The notes under the pieces were generated by a model. That model was not told the DNA's origin. It saw only the letters and a list, made by a program, of their open reading frames with translations, and did no database searches. A program made the position numbers and the translations under genes. Source: Okamejei kenojei (lineage: Eukaryota). From it: a stretch of 64,000 bases of DNA. Shown in pieces: positions 23,556 to 35,036 of the stretch (the first letter of the stretch is position 1; each line of letters begins with the position of its first letter). The stretch lies in the NCBI GenBank assembly GCA_035221665.1, contig CM069164.1, positions 18,352,001 through 18,416,000 on the forward strand, given 5' to 3'.

Positions 23556-24573
23556 TTTGCAAGAACTTGGATTTAAGAGAGCAATTTGGAAGAGCACTGT
23601 AGTGTGAAATATTTTTCATAAGCTCATTTCCAAATAAAAAGTGTATCTATTTAATTTTATGTACTCCTTAACATAAAATAGAGAAGTACAGCATAGGAAC
23701 AGGCCCTTCAGTCCACGATGTCAATGTTGACCACAATGCCAATTACAACTAAATCCAGTAAAGCCAAATGTTCTAGCACGTGGTCTAGATCCCTCCATTT
23801 CAAGCCACTGTGTGCCTATCTAAATGTCTTTTAAACGTTGCTCTTGTATCAGCTTCCACCAATTCCCCTCGCTGTGTGTTGCATGCACCTCCGACTCAAC
23901 GTTTAAAAAAAAATCTTGCCTTAAACATTTCCTTTAAACTCCCTTCACCCTCTCCATTTTAATATCCATGTTTCCCTCTGCCTTGTTCTATCCCCATAAA
24001 CAATAAACATTCAGAATTATTTCTCAATTGCTTGACAATTTGGTTTTGAAATTATTGATCATCTCCATTTCTAGCAACTTCATGGGCAGCAAGTCCAAGC
24101 CATCACCTCTCACTATGTAAAGTTTCTTCCTCACATTCGACACCCCCACCCCCATCTATCATGTATTTTCTGACTTAAATCTGTGCCCCCTCATCCTTAT
24201 ATTATCAGCTAAATAGAACAGCTTCCCTTTCTCGATCTTCCTACACCAGTCATAATTTTGCCTATTACATTTGAGTTTCCCCTAAATCTCCATGGCTCCA
24301 AGGCAAATAGACTAATCATAAAGTCCTTCATCCCTAAAATCATTTGAGAAAATCTCCCCCTGACCTTTAAGGACCCTCACATGACATCCTCATGTGTGGC
24401 GGCCAACACTGGATAATATATTATAGTTATGGCACAACCAAAGCTTTGTAAAACTTGAAGATAGTTTCCCTGCCTTTGTGCTCAAAACATCTATTAATGA
24501 AGCCCCGATGCCATGAGTTTTGCTGAACACCCTTTACATACCACAAGTTTTACGAAGTTTTGGCTGTGTCGCA

Positions 24574-24704
24574 TCAGTCTGAAGGAGGGACCCGACCCAA
24601 AACATTACCTATCCACCTTCTCCAGAGATGTCGCCTGGCCTGCTGACTTACTCTAGCACAGTGTCTATTTTTGTAAAGCAGCTACCGCAGTTCCTTGTTT
24701 CTAC
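24574..24704 (+). mobile_element. Penelope-like terminal repeat, degenerate
   Basis: GTCTGAAGGAGGGACCCGACCCAAAACATTACC...GCTGACTTACTCTAGCAC...GCAGTTCCTTGTTTCTAC. Confidence 0.72.
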
Positions 24705-24713
24705 TCTCTAAAC

Positions 24714-25085
24714 CGGGGGTGGGGAACCCTTTCATGTTGGATTGCTGCATTAAGTTAGCTGTAATCTAATAAGGCCACATCAAAGAAACGTAAAATTAGA
24801 AATACTTCAAAATGTACATTATTTTGTTAAAATAGCCTTCATGACTTTCTAATGTTTTAATTATGGCCATCAGTCGGGGAGGATTATTTTGTTGAATCTT
24901 CTTTTGCTCTTTGGTATTTTAAATACGTTCATTTCAAGATTAAAATAAAAGTAATAAGACGAACAAAAACATATTAACAAAAATAAAAGGATTTGTTCTA
25001 CAAAATTTGGATTCATTCAAAAGGCCGTACTTAATGGCCTAGAAGGCCGCATGCGGCCATATAGGCCACAGATTCCCCACCCCTG
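24714..25085. mobile_element. hAT (Charlie-like) MITE, 372 bp
   Basis: TIR C(A/G)GGGGTGGGGAA / TTCCCCACCCCTG; 8-bp TSD CTCTAAAC (24706-24713) and TTCTAAAC (25086-25093) fitting the NTCTARAN preference. Confidence 0.88.
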
Positions 25086-26364
25086 TTCTAAACACTTCTT
25101 CCCCATCCCCTCCTCCCTCCTCCGTGAATGAGCCATGCACCATGAATTCCCCAGGCCCTCTGGACCTTGAAAACTCTTTAGAATAATTATACCTCTCCCA
25201 TCCTCTACCAAAATGCAACATATCACACTTCTCTACATCTGCCGTTGTTTATACATATTCTACCCAGTTTAAATTTATTCGCATTATTCTAATTGTTTAC
25301 CACATCTCCATAGTTAGGCATCATTGGAACATTTAAAACTTTTTTTTCCCTTATCTTTCAGAAGGTGGATGGATGCATCCCACTTTCATAATTAAAAAAT
25401 GAATCCTCAAATTATCAATGGAATATCTTATGACAACATTTATCTCACAAATTCTTGACCTAGGGTATCAGGTCTCAACAAGTATATGCAAGATTTCTAC
25501 AGCAAACACTAATAATTACGGAATGTGAACTTCCAACAGCAAATAAGGAATTTCATCTCACCACAAAAAATAAACAAAGGCAATCCAAAAAAATAATCAG
25601 TATTCATAGTCCAAGACAAGGAGCTACTATGAAAATGAGAACTACAGTTAACAAAATTGGTTTGGAAGCATCTGTGCCACGAGCTACGCAACTCAAATGG
25701 AACACTGAAAGAATAATAACATTTAGTACCAATTAAAAATGTTACATTCATGCCCACATTTTATTGTTACATGCTATGGTTAAAATAAATTAGCTACCAC
25801 ATTACCCACAAGTAATAGAATACTTTTGCAGTGTCGTCACTCATGTTATGGAGGCAATTGCTGAAGCAACTTTGTGAATTACCAAGTCTGACAAACCACA
25901 AACATATAACTAATTTGTTGATTGATAATGTAAAACATTGGCCAGGATACCAGGCGACACACCAGACGATATACCAGGCAATATACCATGTTTTTCCATA
26001 GGGCAAAATATGAACTGAGGGGAGGCAAAAAAAAGTTTTTCAAACTGTACAACACAAAGTTATCTCGGACAGTGAGGTACAAGAATGATTCAGGGTATGC
26101 TTTTAATTGATAGTGATAAGTAGGAGTTCTGAAGATTCACAGATCATCAATACAACTGCATGAACACCCCTCTTTCAATAGTAGAAGGGCAGGATATGTT
26201 TACTATTTAGCGGTAGGCTGGGACAAATTTCTCCCTTTTGTGCTGATTAAGATTTTCATCTTTGAAAAGACAGGCTCGATTCAACTGGAGGATGGTTAGG
26301 AACTGTTACATGTTCTGATTTGTCCAAAGCTGACAGTGTAACAGTGCCATCGACACTGTACAGT

Positions 26365-26582
26365 CAAGGTGGGCCAGCGGTAGAGTTCCTGCCTTTACAC
26401 CAAATTGCAGCGCCGGACACCCGGGTTCGATCCCGACTACGGACGCTGTCTGTAAGGGCTTTATACATTCTCCCCGTGACCAAGCGTGGGTATTATCAGA
26501 GATCTTCGCTTTCCTCCCACATTCCAAAGACATACAGGTTTGTAGGTTAATTGGCTTGATAAATGTAAAAAAAATTGTCCAA
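26365..26582 (+). mobile_element. HE1-like SINE, 3'-truncated
   Basis: GGTGGGCCAGCGGTAGAG...CCCGGGTTCGATCCCGACTACGG...TTTCCTCCCACATTCCAAAGAC. Confidence 0.88.
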
Positions 26583-26777
26583 TATAAAATCGTCCAACTT
26601 CCAGGGGACTCTTTATAATAAACCTTCTCTACTTTTAAATAGATTGCTTCCTGACACACAATACTTGCAATATTTTGCAGGGATCATAATTTTGCCATTT
26701 TAATGTTTTACAAATTATTACTAATTTTATTATAATGAAGTAGCTTTAAAGTACCTTCTGGGCAAATATCTCAGGCT

Positions 26778-27005
26778 CGCTCAGTGGTAGAGTTGCCGCC
26801 TTACAACAACAGAGACTTAGGTTACACGTGTACACACTTCCTCCCACACTCCAAAGATACACGGGTTTGTAGGAAATTTGGATTTAGTAGAAATGGTAAA
26901 ATTGTACCTAGTTTAGGACAGTGCTTGTGCACGGGGATGACAGATCGGCTCGGACTCAATGGGCCAAAGGGCCTGTTTCTGTGCTGTATCTTTAACCTAA
27001 ACTCA
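26778..27005 (+). mobile_element. HE1-like SINE with internal deletion
   Basis: GCTCAGTGGTAGAGTTGCCGCCTTAC...CTTCCTCCCACACTCCAAAG...GGGCCAAAGGGCCTGTTTCTGTGCTGTATC. Confidence 0.82.
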
Positions 27006-27477
27006 AATGCATTAACATTTTAAAACAAATTAATTGAAGAGAAGTTTTGCATTGGAAGGATGTGATCACACAAGAGAGAAATTGGATAGAATGGGTTTTG
27101 TTTATCCTGGAATGGAGGAGGCTGAGGGATGACCCGATAAAGATATACAAAATGAGAGTGATAAACAGGGTAGAATGTAAAAATATTTTTCCACTAAAGC
27201 TGCTCCAGCTAAAGCACCCACTCAAAGTTTTGCTCCTTGAATTTAGCAGTGCCTTAACGGACATTTTGAAACGGGGAACTTCTTTCAATGATCAATAACT
27301 GGCCTTTCAATTTGATTAACTGAACATAAATTATAGCAGTTCAAGCTTCACATTTACACGACCTGTCAATCATGAGCAATGATCAAAAACAATTTTAAAG
27401 TTGTTCACAATATCTTTGAAGCAGTCCTGTATAATATTTCTCAACATAAATTACTAATTTATGAAGCTTAGACTATA

Positions 27478-27936
27478 TGTGTCGGATGGAACTGCAGATG
27501 CGGGTTTACATTGAAGATAGACACAAAATGCTGGAGTAACTCAGTGGAACAGTCAGCATCTCAGGATAGAAGGAATGGGTGACGTTTCAGGTCGAGACTC
27601 GAAATGTCACCCATTCCTTCTATCCAGATTTACTGCCTTGACCTGAAACATCACCTAATCCTTCTAACCAGAGTTGCTGCTTGTTCTGCTAAGTTAAGGG
27701 CTTGTCCCACTTTCACGACCTAATTCACAACCTTTTTTTTTACTCAGGGACATTTTTCATCAGGCTAGAAAAAACACCCCGACCTACTTGTTGCCATCAG
27801 TACCTACGACTAGCATCATGGCCTGCTACAACCTCATGATGACCATGCTGCGATTATGAGTCACGGGCAAACTCGGCAGAGGTTGTGAATTTGGTCGTGA
27901 AAGTGGGAGAGGCCCTTTACGCCAGCATTTGTGTCT
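27478..27936. mobile_element. Inverted Penelope-like terminal repeats, interrupted by a MITE
   Basis: 25-bp inverted arms 27564-27588 and 27601-27625; the tail CTAAG-TTA...CGCCAGCATTTGTGTCT is split by the MITE at 27697-27916. Confidence 0.8.
27697..27916. mobile_element. PIF/Harbinger-like MITE, 220 bp
   Basis: TIR AGGGCTTGTCCCACTTTCACGACC / GGTCGTGAAAGTGGGAGAGGCCCT; TTA TSD at 27694-27696 and 27917-27919. Confidence 0.88.
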
Positions 27937-29149
27937 TAGCTTTGAATATATGTATCAACAGGTTCCAGGTTTAAAAAAAGCTCTCTGAATTGCTAATAAA
28001 AAAGCCACTATTTCCTCATGCTAAATGTATGATATAGTAGCAAATGCAAGTTGCACCTTACTTCCAAAATTCGACTCCAATGGCAAAAAAATTCTGGAAG
28101 AGACGGCAAAGGGCAGATGTGACCACCACTGATAGGAAGGAGTGGGTGAAATCCTACTCCAAATAGTCCAAAGTAGCAGTGTTTTGTTTCTTATGTCTGG
28201 TCTTTCAAAAAGAGTACAACAGAACGGAGAAGAGGGATCTACGAAATGCAAATCATTACAGACAATTGTATCATTGCAGAAACCATTTATTTCTTCTGAT
28301 TATCTAGAATGGGTACGTTACAAACAGTTTTCTCGAGAATCTTACAGGAATTTGCACGCGTGTACTTTAAAGCTGCAAAGAGGATTAGTTTCTTCACCAA
28401 AACTATCTCTACAATTTTCTGATTATGTCCACATCTATTTACTGACGTTAACTATTCACTTCCGTTCATAAAGTGACACGCAAAAATGCGGGCGATTACT
28501 GAAGGTTTAGAATAACACGAGTACTTGAAGGGCATTAACATACATTAGCCGACTGGCATTTAAGTCACTTCAAAGAAAAGTGCATTGAACTAATCATTTA
28601 CAAAAGATAAATATGGCAAGCCATTAACCATGTTTACAAATCATTCTAATATTTACTTATATCATTACTTGCTCATCTGCAGGTCTTATCTTTCATTTAT
28701 TCAAACAAAATTGTGCATTTTGACTGATAATTAATCAGATAAATTTTGGCCTTTTTTGATCTCACTGCACTGCGATAAAACCTCGAACAATATTAGTTTG
28801 GAGATGTTCCTTCATTAACTAAATGTTACCTTTGGATTTGTCACAAACACGTGGCGTCACTTTTGGAGAAAAGGGCCTTGATGATGCATTTATCTACAAA
28901 CCGCCACAATACACAATACCAGATCTTGCATTATTTTCAAAGAACGGCTACTATTGTTTGACCATGCAAACTCCGATGATGGCTACCATAACGTTTGTTT
29001 ATTCGCAAGCACCTTAAAGCCAATGACATAGAACTTTTGAACATTATCCCTGTTGTAATTTAAGAATTATAGCAGCTAATCTGTACAGAGCAAAGTCCCG
29101 TGAACAGTAAAGGAAGAGTTAGTTTTTCCCCTAAAAGGTAAACCAGCAT

Positions 29150-30892
29150 TAGTAGAGATACCACAAGGAACCAGGTCCTTCGGCCCACAAAGTCCATGCT
29201 GTCCTTTAATCATCCATCTATCTATCAATCTATATCTAATCTTATATATGTTATTATATATTTGTATTATTTATATTATATTACTAAAACTCTCATCTTG
29301 TTTCTATATTTCTGCGAAGGCTACAGTCTACAGCCAGGCCGGGATGAGTACGAGAACCAGGCCCTGGTGCTGCTCTACGACCGATAGATGATGCCGAGTT
29401 TAGCTGGGGTTGCCCCCTGGGTTATTCACACACCACCCCCACCCCCCCACCCCGGGTTATTCACACCCCTCCCGCACCCCCATCCCCCTGCTGCCTCAAA
29501 AAGGCACCCAACACCCCCCTCCCTCTCTGCACCTACTCCCCTGTGATGCTGCGAACACTCCCTACCCATCAATCTCTACCCCACTCCCTCAATGCACCAG
29601 CACAGTGGGGGGGGGGGGGGGGGGAGGGGGGCTATGCGTGAGTGGATAGGGCGGGGGATGGGGGAAAAGGAGCAAATGAATAATATTAATAATATCGTGT
29701 GCATGTGCGTGTGCGTGACGCCACAGGCCACATTGAGGGGACGGAACCCAACGGGTCCCACTTGGTCTAGTATATTACTAAAACTCTCATCTTGTTTCTA
29801 TATTTGTACGTAACTATATTTGTGCAAAAACAGTACACTATAATGCTACAATTTTTTCACCACCATACTCAGCATTGTCGTGTGATCTCTATTAAACAAT
29901 TTTCGTTCAGATTTACGGTATATTTTACGTTACTGACATTTAAAAAACTTTTTTTTAAAACTTGCCCTGCCCATCACCAGTGCCCCGTTAAAAATAAAAC
30001 ATCTTGAGTTTCATTGTCGGGGGTGGGTAGGGGGGGTTCATTTGGGGAAAAAAAAAGTGATTTTCATGGGGTGGGATAAGGGGGAGGGTTCCATTTACAT
30101 TGGGATTTTAAAAATGTGCGGTTTTCACTGTGTGGGGTGGGATCGGGGGAGGTGAGCAGAATCAGGGGGATACAGGGAGAGGAGGGGGTAGGGAGAGGAG
30201 TGGGGGTAGGGAGGTAAGGGGGTGACTGAGAATAGGGGAAAGGAGAGGGAGGGAGGTGTGGGAGGTAGTGGGGAAGGGGAGGAGAGGGGAAAGAAGGGGG
30301 GTGAAGAGGAGGGGGAGGGAGTGCTGGGGGATTAGAGGGAATGGAGGAGGATAGGTGTAGGAAGAGGGATGGCGAGGTAATGGGGAAGGGGAATAGGGAG
30401 GATGGGAGGAAGCAGAGGAGGATTGGTGGAGGGTGGGGAGAGGGAGGAAGGAGGGGAATAGGGGACTGAAGAGGGAGAGTCAGATGCGATCACGTTCATC
30501 TTATATTTTACACTTTAAAATGTTGCAGTGGCGCTCCCTCTTGCCGGCTGCATGACTCGCGTCACAACGGGAACCCGTCAGCCGCACTGCGCAGTTTGCT
30601 GGAATACTGCGTTGGGGGAGCGGGGCCCAACGGGTCCCACTTGGTCCAGTTCACACTAATTCTATGTTATTGCACTTTCTCAACTGCTCCCGACATATTA
30701 GGAACAATTTTGCAAACGGCAATTGGTGAACAAAACCTGCATGATTTTGGCACACGAGACGAAACAGGAGCATCTGATTGGGAACCTATGCGGTCACAGG
30801 GTAAACATGCAAACTCCACATAGATAGCACCCAAGGTCAGGATTGAACCCAGGTCTCTGGCACTGCGAGGTAGCAGTTCTATTGGTGCACCC
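29150..30892 (-). mobile_element. HE1-like SINE split in two (tail 29150-29216; body and head 30650-30892) by a Helitron-like insertion
   Basis: CAGGTCCTTCGGCCCAC reverse tail; halves rejoin as CATCCA|TTCACACTAATTCTATG; reverse head GGATTGAACCCAGGTCTCTGGCACTG. Confidence 0.82.
29217..30649 (+). mobile_element. Non-autonomous Helitron-like composite (two units)
   Basis: 5' TC, A|T target with no TSD; two 3' ends CCCAACGGGTCCCACTTGGT-CTAG (29770) and -CCAG (30649), each after a GC hairpin; 35-bp 5' motif TATATTACTAAAACTCTCATCTTGTTTCTATATTT repeated near 29276 and at 29771. Confidence 0.75.
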
Positions 30893-31955
30893 AAGATATA
30901 GATATTGACCAGGCTGATGGAGAGAATTCCCCTCCTCCATGTAACCATCTAACCTCCTCAGGTCTAGATCCAATAGATGCCCCATCCAGCAGTGTAAAGT
31001 CAACATAGATTGTGTATTCAAGTCCCTGGACCAGGAACTGAATAACAAGAAGCATTGAGGAAGGTGGTTTTACTTGAGTAAGGTAGACACCTTGGCGGCA
31101 CTATATCTTACACATTTTTTGATGCTAAATCAAATGGCACCACAAACAGAACTGAATAATCTAATCGGCTAAAAATGTGAAAAATAACATTGCGGACAAT
31201 AAAATTATTTTTTTTAATCATTAAACCTGCATCTGTTCCTTCAATTTACATACAAATAAATATAATTTTATAAATTAATTCTTTGAAATGTATCATTGAT
31301 TTGAATAACTGAATTCAAAATATCTAGGGTAAATTCAGATAATTTCACTTCAATGCCTAAAATAATTAATATTTCACTCTAAACCCTGTACCTTCCATTT
31401 CTCGTTCCCCCTTCCCCACCCCTCGAGTGAATCTATTTCAGTGATACAGCTATTTCATTTATACTTGACCCTCATAACCAACAGCACAGCTAAATTAATT
31501 AAAGCTTTCAATCTTGAATAAAGTGTACCTCTCCTAAATTAATGTGGTAAATTATTGGTAATGGTTACAATCAGAGAATTGCACCACAAACATTGCAATC
31601 CCGAGATCTTTGGGCTCACAGCCACAAATACATTATGTTTATCATTATCTGTTCCTCTTTAGCCGTAACCTTTTAGCTCATGGTCCTACGATAACTGATT
31701 GTATTTAAGAGTTGTCATTCCATTATAAATTTAGTGCTTCCTGAGATAAGATTTTTCAATAGCTTTCTCTTTAGCTCTAACAGCGAGCCACTCTTGTCTA
31801 TAAACAGAATACATGCATGCCTTTTCAGCAATTAAGAAAGTCAAAAGCCTCTTACTTGGTAAGAAGAGCCTCTTACTTCTCCTTCTAGTGCGGTGAAGCG
31901 CTAACAGCTGACGGTCCCCGGCCCGTTGGGGAACGGGTTCCTCAGGAGTTGGAGC

Positions 31956-32165
31956 AGAGTTGAGCTAGAGTTAGCGTTTCTTCTCCGCGCTGGCTTTAAG
32001 CCTGGGGTCGCCACTGCTCCGGGCCGGTGTCCCGTCAGTCCAGGGCTGTCGGTTAATCCGGCGGGACAGGCAAGAGTTGTGCTGGAGTTAGCGTTTCTAC
32101 TCCGCGCTGGCTGTATTCCTGGGGCCACCCCAACTCCGAGCCGGTGTCCCTGTCAGTCCGGGGTG
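31956..32165 (+). repeat. Imperfect GC-rich direct repeat, period about 117 bp
   Basis: AGAGTTG-GCT-GAGTTAGCGTTTCT-CTCCGCGCTGGCT...GCCGGTGTCCC..GTCAGTCC at 31956 and 32073. Confidence 0.85.
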
Positions 32166-33498
32166 ATCCTGGACATCTCTGGCCGCTCCCGGACGGGACA
32201 CTCGGGAGGGGACGGGGACAGTCCAGTAGCAATTCAACAGCGCAGAGACCCGGGTTCCATCCTGACTACGGATGGAACGCAGGTCTGTATACATGCAGCA
32301 GCTCAGCTGCCGAGAATTCCTCCCCGCCGGTCCAGTATCTCCCCATCTCCCACTCGCATCTGCCCTCTCTCTCTCTCTCTCTCTCTCGCTGTTACACCCC
32401 ATTCTCCCACTACCTGGCACTCCGTTCCTCAGATTGAATATATTTTTACACATAAATTATGAATAAAGATAAAAATGTATACAGTTAATACAGCCATCTC
32501 TTTGTTTGCTTTTTTTAAAAATCACGAATGACTTGACAAATCCCATGATTCCTTGCGTTTTTCGGAATACTGAACTCACTTATTGGCCGCTATAAATTAT
32601 CTCTCTTCCGTAAGCAAGAAGAGGAATCTGGGATTAAACTGATGGGAACATAGGAACCAGAAAATAGGTGCAGGAGGCGGCGATTTGTCCCTTCGAATCT
32701 GCACCGCCATTCAATGTGATCATGGCTGAATGTAAGGAGAATAGGTTACTTGGAAAATTAGCGGGCGAATAAAGCTACTCTGTAAGTGTGCACAGAGTAG
32801 CCACTTCAGGCCATCAAGTCTCTGCCATGGGGGAGTATGAGAAAACATGAACCACATGCACATTTATGCCAAATCATTATCCCCCAATCACTATTAAATG
32901 TGAAATTTTCAAGATTATCCTATGAAAATTATACATTCCACAAAATACTAGTGCGTTCAACAATAATCAAAAATGTTTTTAGATAGAATACAATGATATG
33001 GGAATTAATAAAAGTGCTGATGCATGGATTATTTCAGTTCAGTAAAAGAATATTTTTATTTAAAAGCTATTTGTTGTCACTTCAATAGGATGATCTTTTT
33101 AAAAAAATGCTAGCCAAAAGAGCAACAGCATTAACTATAACTTTACGTTCAAATAATTTTTAAAAATCCAGAACTCATTGTGAAAAACACATACCTCGAT
33201 ACTTTTTGAACTGAGCTTTCAGAAGCCTGTCATAGTGGTTTGTGTCTCATAGTAAAATGGCACACTTCTGTACAGGTGTTCTTAACTTTATTACGCTTTC
33301 ACACCTTGTTAACGCACAGCAACTATTTAAACACAAACAGCTAGTAAAAGACTCCATTTCCTACCAATTTGCCTCCCCTTTTCATAGTACTTAGTCCAAT
33401 TTGGGTTGTCTTTCAGGCCCACCCTGGCCTGTATAATTTTATTGCACCCCAGGAGACCATCATTAAAGCAACCTTCCCATGCACGGGTAGAAAATACT

Positions 33499-33527
33499 GG
33501 GGGGGGGGGGGGGGGGGGGGGGGGGGG
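33499..33527 (+). repeat. G29 homopolymer
   Basis: Direct count. Confidence 0.95.
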
Positions 33528-34756
33528 AAATTAGCTCCACTCCAACTCTTACTCAGCTCTTGTTGTTCCCTCCCACTGAAAACTGATCGCAAAACTCTGT
33601 ATTGGCAAACTAAATCTGGACCAAACTTAGTGCAGTGTAACTCATAATTAGCTATTAAAAACACACCTCTAACTGCAGCATTTGCTTTCTTATGTGTTTT
33701 CTCCATTAACTCTCCTGCATCCAAAAGCAACTGCTCACACTTGAGTATCTCCTGCACCTAATTTCTATGTTTCTATGTTTCTATCTTTTACCAGCCTTGG
33801 CAAAGCTTAATTCTGAAAGTGACGTTCCTCGTGTGGGCTTCCTTTTCCTATTTGTTGTCATCAGTCGGGCATCAGAGCCAAAACCAATTCTTACAATTAT
33901 GTCAGCCTAATTTTCCAGCAGCGGTCATTATGCAGCAGATCAGGAGAGTCAAACTTAAATGTGTATTCCACAGATATCTGAAGGGTAAAGTTACAACCCA
34001 TTATTTAGGCCACTCCATTAAATAAACAGTTTATGCTGTTGTTCTTTGGGCAAGCTCGATTTAAGTTTTTTAAATTTCGATCATCCTATTGAAGTGAAAA
34101 CAAATATTCTTTAAATTAAAATATAATTATTTTATTAAACTGAAATAATTCATTGCATCAGCACTTTTATTAATCTCCATATCATTGTATGGGTCATTTT
34201 GGTAACTGGACCCAAGGAAAATACATTGTCCTCAGTGGGAGTGTAAAATGGTCACAGGACAAGGATTTAAGGGATTCAATTAAAGATTGCATAAATTAGG
34301 AATTTCTTGGTTGGCTTTTTGTAGGTTAAGAACTCATAGGAGCAAAACTTTCAAGATAACATGACAGAAAACGACAAATTAATTTTACTGGCTGGAGGAT
34401 CTAAAACTAGAGGTTATAGTTTAAAAATGAGTTATGCTTTTCTGAGTGGAGTTAGGAAGTACTTGTACATGTAAACGATGATGACAGTTTGGAACAATCT
34501 TTCATTGAATTGATTGATTGAAACATTATTACGTTTGGGGGTAAAGATTCCTCTTCACAGCATATAACGTAATATTCAGCAGTAAAACAGTAGCATGTGA
34601 AAATAATGGTATTTTTAAATAGAAATGATTTGCACATGTAATACCTTTCCTCTTCAGTTAGTTTTATCAAGTGAAGTGTGTTTTGAAACAAGATATCTAA
34701 ATCTATTTTTAAAATAATACAGCTGAAATCCGAATAATGCACACCCTGCCCAATAG

Positions 34757-35036
34757 TTTAGTTTAAAAATACAGCACGGAAACGGGCACCGGTGGGCTGA
34801 AGGGCACATTAACACTATCATACATACACTAGGGACAACTTTCATTTCTACCACACCAATCAACCTACAAACCTGTATGTCTCTGGAGTGTGGGAGGACC
34901 AAAGATCTCGGAGAAAACCCACATGGCCACGGGGCAAATGTACACACTCCATACAGACAGCACCACATTCGGGATTGAACCCGGGTCTCTGGCGCTCAAA
35001 GCAATGTAAGGCAGCAACTCAACTGCTGCGCCACCC
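34757..35036 (-). mobile_element. HE1-like V-SINE
   Basis: TTTAGTTTA reverse tail, GGAGTGTGGGAGG reverse V-domain, GGGATTGAACCC reverse B box, CTGCGCCACC. Confidence 0.9.

Noticed and set aside
31926-32462. 178-aa ORF with an internal repeat
   Set aside because: Expected from GC-rich repeated DNA with few stops; includes SINE and (CT)n translation.
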